A DNA stretch of 64,000 nt from Stegostoma tigrinum. Its lineage: Eukaryota. The stretch is taken from the NCBI RefSeq assembly GCF_030684315.1, contig NC_081367.1:25340792-25404791 (forward strand), written 5' to 3'. The position numbers and the translations under genes are program-made. The notes beneath the pieces are model-generated. The model saw only the letters and a list, made by a program, of their open reading frames with translations. It was not told the origin of the DNA and ran no database searches. This document shows positions 24,301 to 35,238 of the stretch, piece by piece. Position 1 is the first letter of the stretch; the number at the start of each line of letters is the position of its first letter.

Positions 24301-26990
24301 AGTGGGGCAGGAGGGGATTGGGGAGTGGGGCAGGAGGGGATTGGGGAGTGGGGCAGGAGGGTGGGGAGGGGATTGGGGAGTGGGGCAGGGGGGTGGGGAA
24401 GTAGCCGGGGAGTGGGGAGTGGGGCAGGAGCGGGCGGGAGGGGAGTGGGGAGTGGGGCAGGAGCGGGCGGGAGGGGAGTGGGGAGTGGGGCAGGAGCGGG
24501 CGGGAGGGGAGTGGGGAGTGGGGCAGGAGCGGGCGGGAGGGGAGTGGGGAGTGGGGAGTGGGGCAGGAGCGGGCGGGAGGGGAGTGGGGAGTGGGGCGGG
24601 AGGGGAGTGGGGAGTGGGACAGGAGCGGGCGGGAGGGGAGTGGGGAGTGGGGCAGGAGCGGGCGGGAGGGGAGTGGGGAGTGGGGCAGGAGCGGGTGGGT
24701 GGGGAGTGGGGCAGGAGCGGGCGGGAGGGGAGTGGGGAGTGGGGCAGGAGCGGGCGGGAGGGGAGTGGGGAGTGGGGCAGGAGCGGGCGGGAGGGGAGTG
24801 GGGAGTGGGGCAGGAGCGGGCGGGCGGGAGGGGAGTGGGGAGTGGGGCAGGAGCGGGCGGGAGGGGAGTGGGGCAGGAGCGGGCGGGAGGGGAGTGGGGA
24901 GTGGGGCACGAGCGGGTGGGGAGTGGGGCAGGAGCGGGCGGGAGGGGAGTGGGGAGTGGGGCAGGAGCGGGCGGGAGGGGAGTGGGGAGTGGGGCAGGAG
25001 CGGGCGGGAGGGGAGTGGGGAGTGGGGCAGGAGCGGGCGGGAGGGGAGTGGGGCAGGAGCGGGCGGGAGGGGAGTGGGGAGTGGGGCAGGAGCGGGCGGG
25101 CGGGGAGTGGGGCAGGAGCGGGCGGGCGGGGAGTGGGGAGTGGGGCAGGAGCGGGTGGGGAGTGGGGCAGGAGCGGGCGGGAGGGGAGTGGGGAGTGGGG
25201 CAGGAGCGGGCGGGAGGGGAGTGGGGAGTGGGGCAGGAGCGGGCGGGAGGGGAGTGGGGAGTGGGGCAGGAGCGGGCGGGAGGGGAGTGGGGCAGGAGCG
25301 GGCGGGAGGGGAGTGGGGAGTGGGGCAGGAGCGGGCGGGCGGGGAGTGGGGCAGGAGCGGGTGGGCGGGAGGGGAGTGGGGAGTGGGGCAGGAGCGGGCG
25401 GGAGGGGAGTGGGGAGTGGGGCAGGAGCGGGCGGGAGGGGAGTGGGGAGTGGGGCAGGAGCGGGCGGGAGGGGAGTGGGGAGTGGGGCAGGAGCGGGCGG
25501 GCGGGGAGTGGGGAGTGGGGCAGGAGCGGGCGGGCGGGGAGTGGGGAGTGGGGCAGGAGCGGGCGGGCGGGGAGTGGGGAGTGGGGCAGGAGCGGGCGGG
25601 CGGGGAGTGGGGAGTGGGGCAGGAGCGGGCGGGAGGGGAGTGGGGAGTGGGGCAGGAGCGGGCGGGTGGGGAGTGGGGAGTGGGGCAGGAGCGGGCGGGC
25701 GGGGAGTGGGGCAGGAGCGGGCGGGAGGGGAGTGGGGAGTGGGGCAGGAGCGGGCGGGCGGGGAGTGGGGCAGGAGCGGGCGGGAGGGGAGTGGGGAGTG
25801 GGGCAGGAGCGGGCGGGAGGGGAGTGGGGAGTGGGGCAGGAGCGGGCGGGCGGGAAGGGAGTGGGGAGTCGGGCAGGAGCGGGCGGGAGGGGAGTGGGGA
25901 GTGGGGCAGGAGCGGGCGGGCGGGGAGTGGGGAGTGGGGCAGGAGCGGGCGGGCGGGGAGTGGGGCAGGAGCGGGCGGGCGGGGAGTGGGGAGTGGGGCA
26001 GGAGCGGGTGGGGAGTGGGGCAGGAGCGGGCGGGAGGGGAGTGGGGAGTGGGGCAGGAGCGGGCGGGTGGGGAGTGGGGCAGGAGCGGGCGGGAGGGGAG
26101 TGGGGAGTGGGGCAGGAGCGGGCGGGAGGGGAGTGGGGCAGGAGCGGGCGGGAGGGGAGTGGGGAGTGGGGCAGGAGCGGGCGGGCGGGGAGTGGGGCAG
26201 GAGCGGGCGGGCGGGGAGTGCGGAGTGGGGCAGGAGCGGGTGGGGAGTGGGGCAGGAGCGGGCGGGAGGGGAGTGGGGAGTGGGGCAGGAGCGGGCGGGA
26301 GGGGAGTGGGGCAGGAGCGGGCGGGAGGGGAGTGGGGCAGGAGCGGGCGGGAGGGGAGTGGGGAGTGGGGCAGGAGCGGGCGGGCGGGGAGTGGGGCAGG
26401 AGCGGGTGGGCGGGAGGGGAGTGGGGAGTGGGGCAGGAGCGGGTGGGAGGGGAGTGGGGAGTGGGGCAGGAGCGGGCGGGAGGGGAGTGGGGAGTGGGGC
26501 GGGAGGGGAGTGGGGAGTGGGGCAGGAGCGGGCGGGTGGGGAGTGGGGAGTGGGGCAGGAGCGGGAGGGTGGGGAGTGGGGCAGGAGCGGGCGGGAGGGG
26601 AGTGGGGAGTGGGGCAGGAGGTGGGGGCAGGAGGAGTTGGGAGTGGGGCGTGGGGCAGGAGGGGGTAGGGCAGGGGAGGGTAGGAGGAACGGAGAGGTGG
26701 GTAGGGCAGGTGGTGGAGAGGGGAGGGGAGGGGAGAGGAGAGGAGGAGGTGGGGCAGAGGGGGAGGAGAAAAATGGAGTGGGGTATAGAGGATAAGAGGA
26801 GGGGAAGGAGGACATGCTTGGGTGGGATCAAGGAGTGTGGCTGGGAGAATGTGTTTGGGTGGAAGAAGGAGACAGGGGCTAGGGGTGGGGAAGTTGTGAG
26901 AGAAGGGGTGGAGAGGAGGATTGAATGTTGGGAGAGAGACTGAGGAGGAGGTGGAGGTGAGAAGAGGGGAGGGCTAGGCAAATGCCATGG
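18331..26990 (+). repeat. 8.6-kb G-rich compound minisatellite / low-complexity tract (G-quadruplex prone)
   Basis: Almost only G/A on the plus strand; successive domains of GGTAGGGCGGGAGG, GAGGGCGGGATGGGGGGGTGA, GAGGGCAGGGGGAGGAGG, GGGGATTGGGGAGTGGGGCAGGA and a 33/26-nt unit GGGGAGT(GGGGAGT)GGGGCAGGAGCGGGCGGGA. Confidence 0.95.
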
Positions 26991-27374
26991 GCAGTGGGGA
27001 GTTCAGTGAGAAGATGACAAATTGTTCGAGCAGAATAACACCAATCATAACCTTAATTAAATTATAGCTTTTTATTAAATTACAATAGTTTATTTAGGTG
27101 TTCTTTACGTCTCTTATCCACCTTTCTTAATCCCATCTCGCTCTTCCTGCCTATTTTGCTTTCTGAACCTGACTAGGTTCAAATAGATAGGCACAAAAAG
27201 CACTGTTGAATGAACAATAGCAGTGTGAATTTTTTGACAGCCCACTTCTGGGTCTGAAATTCTCATGCTAACACAGAAATGACAGATTGGTGATTTAAGT
27301 TTTGAAACTTTCCAGTGTGAGATTTGAATTTAAGATGTCAAGATTACTAGTCATTTATCATATCACTAGTTTTG

Positions 27375-27500
27375 TGGTTAGCTGGCTCACCAAGCCAGTT
27401 TGTAGTTTTTTCGCGGACGTTTCATTACCCTGCTGGGTAACATCATCAGTCCAGCCTTCGATGAAGCTCCACAACCCGAGCTACAAATCTACTCTAAAAC
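27375..27500 (-). mobile_element. Penelope-type pLTR fragment (second family) with hammerhead core
   Basis: Minus strand CTGATGA-T-GTTACCC-AGCA-GGGTAAT-GAAACGTC at 27449-27416; similar to the terminus of the Penelope fragment at 43320-43400. Confidence 0.65.
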
Positions 27501-28074
27501 CATAGAGACCTACGGGCGAAGGATGCTCAAATTGGCACAAAAATGGGAGAACTACGCCATTTGACAGCGCTACCCACAAACAACTCTACTTCATGTCACG
27601 AGTTATCGACAAATGTTTAAGAGTTTAACTATTTTCTGGAGACTTTAAAGGTTGATGATTGTTTATCAATCCTGTCTTTTCTCAGAACTAAACTCCTCAT
27701 CCATGCCATCTTTATATCAATCGATCTTTGGATACACTCGAGTTTTGATATAATCACAAAGAAGAGATTATTGCTGTGGGTAAGGAAGTGGCAGATGGGA
27801 GATTAACTGTATTGTAATAAAGGATTGGGCTGGTGGCAGAGACACGTCCGTTCACAAGCTATATCTTAACGATAAATGGTGATGAATGAGTGGTTCATGG
27901 AAGAGGTACAACTAGCCATATCCTTCCTCTACATCAATTAGGATTTTAGAGGCAGGAAATATTTGGCCAAGAAGAGGAAAGAATGATTTTGCTCGTCCTG
28001 ATTGAGCCAACTCTTACGGTGAATGAATCGGCTAGTCATTTTCTAGGTGCACTTTGACAAGAAGGCACGAGTTG

Positions 28075-28555
28075 AGCAAAGTGGGGTGGGAAGGGGAGGA
28101 GGGAGTTGGGAAAGGAGAGAGTGAGAGAAAGTGGAAAGAGTGGGAATTTGGGGATAGAGAGGAAGTGGGCGTGGGGTGGGGAGGAAGTAGGAGAGGAGAG
28201 GAGAGGGGCCAGTGGGTTGATTGGAGTGGGAAGAAGGGTGGGATTGTATTCGAGGGATAGTGGTGGGAAAGGGAGAGGAGAGGGATTAGATGAGAAGAGA
28301 GGAAGGGGAGTGGGTATGTGGGGTGAGAAGGTGGGGAAGAATGAGGATCGGGGGTGGTGGGGAGTTGGAATGTGTGGGATAGGAAGGGGTGAGTGGGAGG
28401 AGGATGGGTAGAGAGGAGAGTCGGAAGGGGAGAGGGAATAGGGAGGACAATTAAGTGGGGTGGAGAGAGGACTGGAGTGTGACACAGGAGAGGATATGGG
28501 AATTGAGTGAGGAAGGGAATCAAAGGTGCGGGTAGGTGATGGAGAGATGGTAGCC
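28075..28555 (+). repeat. Degenerate G/A-rich low-complexity tract
   Basis: Purine-rich, GGG-run-rich sequence without a clear period. Confidence 0.8.
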
Positions 28556-30749
28556 AGGAAACACCTCAGTCCTGTGGCTGACAAGTGCACGCAGAATGTG
28601 GTGCTTCTATCTGCGATCTGCAGTTTGATTTTGTTTTAATATGTGGTTTCTGGCTTTGTACAGTACAATGACTCTGGCATGATTAATATTTCTGCTACGC
28701 AATTCAGAAAGTGCTGTTTACAAAAGCGTGCCCTGTTGTTTAAAGCACAAGTTTGAGCTTTGTTGTAAAAGTTTATGGAACAACTTGAATCTGCTACATT
28801 TCTGATTTTGTTTAATTGTGTTTCAGCTTCAAAAAAGATCTCCTTTACCTGTCAAAGATATGCTGTCTTTTTGTTGACAAGATAATAGAATGGAGTATCT
28901 TAATGTTTAATTTGACCCCTTTTGGCAGGGGTTTATACTGAGTAAAAGTAATATTTTCAATATCAGCGGCGCTTTTTTGCTGAAACCTGAGCAAATGATC
29001 CTTTGATTCACCCACATAAATTTTATTTTCCCAAACTTACATTTCCGTTACTGTCTCAAGTCATGTGCGTCAGAGTAACAGATTTCTTTCCCTAAAGAGT
29101 ATGAGTGAATCTGGGTTTTTACAACAATTAAGGATATGAACATATGAATCAGGATCACCTGGTCTCTGGCTCCAGAACAGACAGTCCGAAGAAGATATCC
29201 CAAAAACATGCTATAAACTCCTCACATGGGCTACATTTGCCCATCTTATTTACCCACTATATAAGCAGATTAAAATCCCTCATGACTATTGCTGTGCCTT
29301 TCTCACAATGTTCCAGATGGTGACGCATAAACTTTACATTATACTTATTGAGTATATGTGACAATAAAGACTTTTTTGTTCTGTTTTTCTTTGCACTCCG
29401 TTAAGCCATGTGGTTTCTGTTAGGAGGCTTGTATACCAATGTCACAACTGACTTTTTGCTTCTTTAATTTCTTGCCTGTACCCAAACAGCTTCGATGTTC
29501 TGGTTTTTTTGAACTTGTGTCATTTCTCTGCAGTGAGCTACCCTTCTCCTTTTCCTATCTCCCTGTCTGTACTCCTTCTAATATTTTTAGTGTGTGGACC
29601 TCTGAGGTCTGTGTGTGGCACCGACTTCTGAAACCAGAAATCAGTGCATTGATTGCATATGTACACCATCAAACAAATGTTGGAGCAGCTGCACAACTTG
29701 AAAGAGAGCATTGCATCTTGTCTTTCCTAAATATTATGTACCCTTCAACATTTAAGTCCCAGTCATCCTGCAGCCATGTCTGTACAATGGCTACGTGATT
29801 GTATTTGTTTATTTCTATTTGCACTATAAGTTCATCTGTTTTGATTCAGTAGTTTGAAGGTCATCATACTGAGACTAGCTTTCAATTCTAGATTTATTTA
29901 TGAATTGAATCCCAATAGCTGCCACGGTAAGATTTGAAGCCAACTGTGGAAAGTGAAACAGTTAATGTTTCAGATTCTTTCATCGGATATCTTTGCTCAA
30001 TGTCCCTAAATTGTTGTAGTGGGAATTAGCAGGTGCTGGCGTTGTAATGCATATTTGCCTCCTGCCCACGTTCTTGTGGTTGGTAGGGATCATGGATTTG
30101 CATGCTACAGCCAAAGGAGCAAGTTACAGTGCATCTTCTCCCTAGTAGAAGGGGTGCATGTAAGTGATTGTGGGCAGGTGCTTTGTTTTGGATGATGTTG
30201 AACTTCTTGGGTTTTGGAGCCACACTCATTCGAGCTGCAGAAAAGGACTGTATTACCCAATGCCTGTGAATGGTGGACAAGTTTTGGCGAGTTACTCTTA
30301 TCTGTGACCTCTTATTGAAGTAACAACAATTATGTTTGATAGCAAGACATGATTTTAAAATGCTAAACATTTTTTTTGAGTTCTCTCACAAGCACAATTT
30401 TTCTTACTGCCTCAGTCGTTCCTAGTATTGTATACTTCTGCACACAAGCCAAAACTTTGGAAGGATCAAATCTATAATTTTATCATCAGTTGGTTTTTGC
30501 AATTCAGTTGGATATTATTTGAAAGGTTCATGCAGACTTGTTATCTTACACCAAAATCTGAGGAGAAAAACCAGAGTACATCTACATGAAAAATCCATCT
30601 ACATTGATATTGCACAGGAAATGTATCAGCATTTGTTGTGAACTAATTTGTGCCTGTTTAATACTTGCAGATAGTCCTTGTCGGTCTATTGCATTAGATT
30701 ATTTAGAATATTTTCTGGACAGGATTTTAAGTTTATTCTTCATTATGAG

Positions 30750-31690
30750 TACGAGAGTTAGGAACAGGTACAGGCCAATCTGCCCTTTAAGCTGGTAATG
30801 CCATTCAATAAGATTGTGGCTGTTTTGATTGTAACCTCGCAACTACATTCCCACCAGCACTGATAATCTTTTATCGTTATGCTATCAATAATCTATCAAC
30901 CTCTGTCTTAAAAATATCCACCCGCATAATATCCCTTAGATTCTATAATGTTTTGATTAAGTAGATTCTTATACTTCTAAATTTCAGCAGATATAAGTTT
31001 AGCCTGTCTAATATTTCCTCATAGGACAGCCCGCCCAATCCCGGTATTAGTCTGTTAAGCCCCCTCAGAACTGCTTCCAATGCTTTCTTTATACATCCTT
31101 CCTATATAAGGTGTCTAATACTGTACACAGTGCTCCAGATATAGCCTCACCAATGTCCTGTATAACTGAAGCATAATTTCATTACCTCTGTGTTCAAATC
31201 CCTTTAAAAAATGTTCTATTAGCTTCTCTGCTTGCTATATCTGCATAGAAGCCTTTTGTTTGTTCTTATTGGAATGTATCTGTTTTGTATATTCTGAAAT
31301 ATTTCCTTAAATGTCTGTCATTGGATCTCTATTGACCTATCCCTTAACTCTATTTTCTGGTTCACAGCCAAGTCCGCTTTCATGCCTTCATAATTGCCCT
31401 TTATAAGTTTACAAAAAAGCTTGTCTTGGGTCCAGTCTTCTGCCCCTTAAACTAAATGTAAATTCAATCTTTCAATGAAAGCTGCTCCCTTGGCATACCT
31501 TTACCATGACATCATTAATTCTATTTGTTGCACAATACCAGGTCTCTCATTGTCTGCTGTCAGCCTGGATCTAGAACATGCTGTTCTAAAGAATTATCCT
31601 GAAAGCATTCTGTGAACATCTCATCGAGGCTACCTTGCCTATTTGATTCATCCATTCTATATGTAGATTGAAATTCCATTATTATTTTGT
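30750..31690 (-). mobile_element. Decayed CR1-type LINE fragments
   Basis: Reverse CR1 3' tail (ggaacaggtacaggcc..ccattcaataagattgtggctg) and RT C-terminal remnants (actgtacacagtgctccaga). Confidence 0.55.
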
Positions 31691-32489
31691 TCTTTAAATT
31701 TTTGAATTTTAAACATCCTGATATTTGTATGGAGTGTTTTAAAGTTTTTTTTCAACTGCCATCTGATGAATATCTAAATATGTGCCTTTCTGAAGCTGGA
31801 TTAAATGTCTCAATTGTGAAAAGATTTTAAAGTATATGTTGTTTTCTAGGATACTCCAGAGCAAATTATTTTGACAGTAGGATTCCATTTACAGGTTAGT
31901 AAAAAGATGAAGGTGTATTCATGTAGAATAATGTTATATATTCATGCAGAATATTAGCAATGTTACTTCATTATCAATTACTTTTACATGTATTTTCTTT
32001 TAAAGTTAATGACTCAGCAATGTTGTCTTTTTATATGTCCTCATATTGTCATAGATTTTATTTGGCATTGTTTTCTTGCAATGCATTTGGGCAGGAAATT
32101 CCCTAACCAAAGTGTGATAATTCCACTTCTGATGATGGAATACCTGTGTAAATGGGGCTTTTTTGTAAGCACACTATTTTCTTCCCAGTGGTGTTATGTC
32201 CGTTACATTGATGTTTCTTAGCTGGAAAAGACAAATTGTCAAAAATGTGATAATAGTCCATCAGTTGAGTTTTTCACTTCCGGCGTTTGTATCATTTTTC
32301 AGTTTTAAGTCTGATGGCAGGAGGAAAATAGCCTGCATCCTGGTGAGTGATTCTGAGGTTACTGGTGGAAAATTTAAAACCTGTTTCTAGGATGTTGAAG
32401 ACTCTGGCAAGGACTGTGTTTGTTTTCAATCACTAGTTGTCTTGAGAGCTTGTCAGTACAAGTCGGTGGCTTACTCAATGGCAAGCCTA

Positions 32490-35095
32490 ATCTGTGCAAC
32501 TTCCCTCATGAGACTATTCCATACACCCATTCTAAATATTAGTCTTGTAAATCTTCTCAGGACTGCCACCAACTCATTTTCAGTCTTCTTTAAATAAAGA
32601 CACCAACACTGTACGCAGTACTTCAGATGTGAACTCTTAAATACTGAGTGTAACTGAAGCGTAACCTTCACATTTCTGTTCAATTGCTCTAGCAAATACT
32701 TCTGACATTCTATTGCATTCATGATCTCTTGATGCACCTGTATACCTGCCAAATGTGATTCATGCATGAGGACACCCAGATCTTTTGCATCTCAGAGCTC
32801 TGCAATCTTACTTATAAATAATATGCTTCTTTTTCATTTTTCTTGACAAATTGGATAATTTCATATTTTCCTTGCATCATACTCCACCTGCCAAATCTAG
32901 GTCCACTCACTAACCTATGTGTACTTTTATTTTGCAGCCTCTTTATAACTTACTTTCCTAACTATATTTGGGCTATCAGCAAATTTAATAAGCCCAGGCC
33001 ATTGATATGAATTGTAAAAGGTTTGTGAATCCAGCCATAGTGATTGGAACCGAGTGGATCTCATTGACTATGAAATCATTAATTGGGGTTGTTAACCTGG
33101 GCCAGTCAAGGAGGCCTGACTAACCAATATAAACAGGGTGTTCAGAATCTCCTCACTTTGGGGACTGACTCCCGAGCTGGCTGACTGCTGCCAGTGTACT
33201 GTGTACATGTAAATCAAGGGTGACTCGGTGACTATGTATCAGCCTCTGTGCAGTTACTTCAGTGGTAATGAGAGTGGGATGACAACTGAAAAGCCGTGAA
33301 CATCTTTTGCGCTACGCAAACCCCTGTAAGTTGTGGTCTTGGACAATGGCACGTCATTTATCAGCAGGGAATTTGAGTACTTGCTAAAGTTGAATGACAT
33401 TGGCATGTAAGATTGGCTCCATACCATCCATTGTCCAGTAGCCTGGCGGAAACAGTGGTCCAAACATTAAAGGCCGGCTTAATGAAACAGATGACACTAT
33501 CACTCAATACCAAACTGTCCCAGATCCTGTTCAATCATAAGACCACCCCTCATGCAGCTACAGGTATAGCTCCAGCAGACTTGGTGATATGGAAAAGACT
33601 TCACACTTTTACCCTTCACTCCAGTGATATTCCTGGACCTTGGCAGGTGCGCGAGTGAAACCACAGCAGGAATGCCAATTCTGGCCACCTGTTTCCTCTA
33701 AGCGAACGAGGAAGTTGACTTCAGGGGATAAAGTTTGGTGCCAGAACCATGTAAATGGCCTTGCATGGGTATGAGGTGAAGTTGACATGAGGTCAGGTCC
33801 TGTGACATACAAAGTTCAGGTAGGTGAACCAATCCTGAGCAAACATGTGGATCACCTGAAAGCTGCTACCTCGCAAAAGGGGCAGGTGCAAAATGTACCC
33901 ACCCCTCAGAGTGGCCAAAGGCTTGTTAGAAACCGTGGGTTCTCCCCTCTCCACCTAGTGTCAAGGCAACCTCCAAATCTGAGGTGGTTACAGACTCAAT
34001 ACCTTGGGCACTAGAAGAAGAGACAGAAACTCTCCTGAGATGCTCTGGATACAAGAGACGATATACTGTCCGGTACACTCCACCCATGCCCCAGTCCAAC
34101 TCAGAGGAACCAGACCTTGGTCAAAAACATCCCTGGAGAAGCTACCAGAGAAAAACCAGGCCAGTATCCCAAGACTTAGTCGGGGACTGATGCAGTCAGT
34201 GGAACCAGGTAGACCTTCTGACTGAGATTCTTGATTGGTGTTGTTAATTTGCGCCAATCAGTGAACCCTGACTGATCAATACAAATGGGATCCAGAATCT
34301 CCTCACTTCAGGGACTAACTGCGAGCTGGCTGGCAGTATTGTACACGTGTAAATAAAGGGCCACTTGCTGACCAGATGCTGGCCTCTGTGCAGTTATTTC
34401 ACTAGTGCTGATCACTGTGGTACACTCATACCAACATAAAATGTCCCACTAAAGCTTACTACTTCCTGTTAGCTAGCAGTCTGTTATCCATGTCAATATG
34501 TTATCCTCTATGATCTGGTTCTTACTTTCCATAAGAACCTATTGCATCTTACTGCCTTCTGGAAATCTAAGTTGAGTATACTGCCTAATTCCCCTTTATC
34601 CACAGCACATATTATTTCCTTAAAGAATTCCAATAAATTTGTTAAACATGATTTCTTGTTTGCAAAGCCAATTTGACTCTGCCTGAATGCTTGCAACCTT
34701 CTTAAAGTAATCTATCATAACGTTTATGTTAATAGCTATTGATCTCTTCCCTGTGACAGATGAACCTTCCCGGAATATAGGGAGTTTTGGACATGAGAAG
34801 CAACTGACAAACTATCTCACTAGCTATTTCTTTTAAGATTCTAGCATAAAGCTCATCAGAACTTGGGAATGTCTCAGTTCACATATACAACACTTTGCTC
34901 AGGACCACTTAGTTGCTGATTCTAATTCTCTTGAATTCCTACCTCCGACCTATGACCCTGATGTACTGCTATTTATGGGATGTTCCGTATATCATCTTTA
35001 GTGCGGATGTAAAATACCCGTTCAATTAATCTGCCATCTCCATTTTGTCTGTAATTCATTCCCCATCCCAGATTCACTTCCTGTTGGACAACTCA
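32490..35095 (-). mobile_element. Decayed CR1-type LINE, split by an LTR element at about 33036-34401
   Basis: HLKYCVQCWCLYLKK (32471-32767 ORF) and GFANKKSCLTNLLEFF..VDKG..LDFQKA (34508-34696 ORF); a GVPQ-like motif resumes just right of 34401. Confidence 0.75.
33036..34401 (+). mobile_element. Internally deleted Ty3/Gypsy LTR element (two ~215-bp LTRs plus an integrase C-terminal fragment)
   Basis: Direct repeats at about 33036-33261 and 34191-34401, both ending gcctctgtgcagtta(c/t)ttca. A PBS-like tgg follows the 5' LTR. Integrase motifs DNGTSF..APYHPLSSSLAE..TTPHAATGIAPADL. Confidence 0.8.
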
Positions 35096-35104
35096 CTTCA
35101 AGTT

Positions 35105-35238
35105 TTAAAAACCAAAAGAATTGTGGATGCTATAAATCAGGAACAAAAACAGAAGTTGTTGGAAATGCTCAGCAAGTGTGGCTGCATCTGTGAAGAAAAA
35201 AAAATCAGAGTTTAACAGGTTAACAGAGTTAACCTGTT
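35105..35238 (-). mobile_element. Short Penelope-pLTR-derived element
   Basis: Reverse of the cagatgctgccagacctgctgag..tttttgttcctgatttacagcatcc family; ends in a small hairpin AACAGGTTAAC-AGA-GTTAACCTGTT. Confidence 0.6.

Noticed and set aside
24400-26620. Regular repeat array as a possible CRISPR or telomeric array
   Set aside because: No unique spacers, no TTAGGG units, and a eukaryotic context.
19613-26981. Giant Pro-rich (2400 aa, 1052 aa) and Gly-rich ORFs resembling extensin, formin or collagen
   Set aside because: They are open in several frames on both strands because the G/C-only repeat rarely makes stop codons, and unit lengths are often not multiples of 3. Not a gene.
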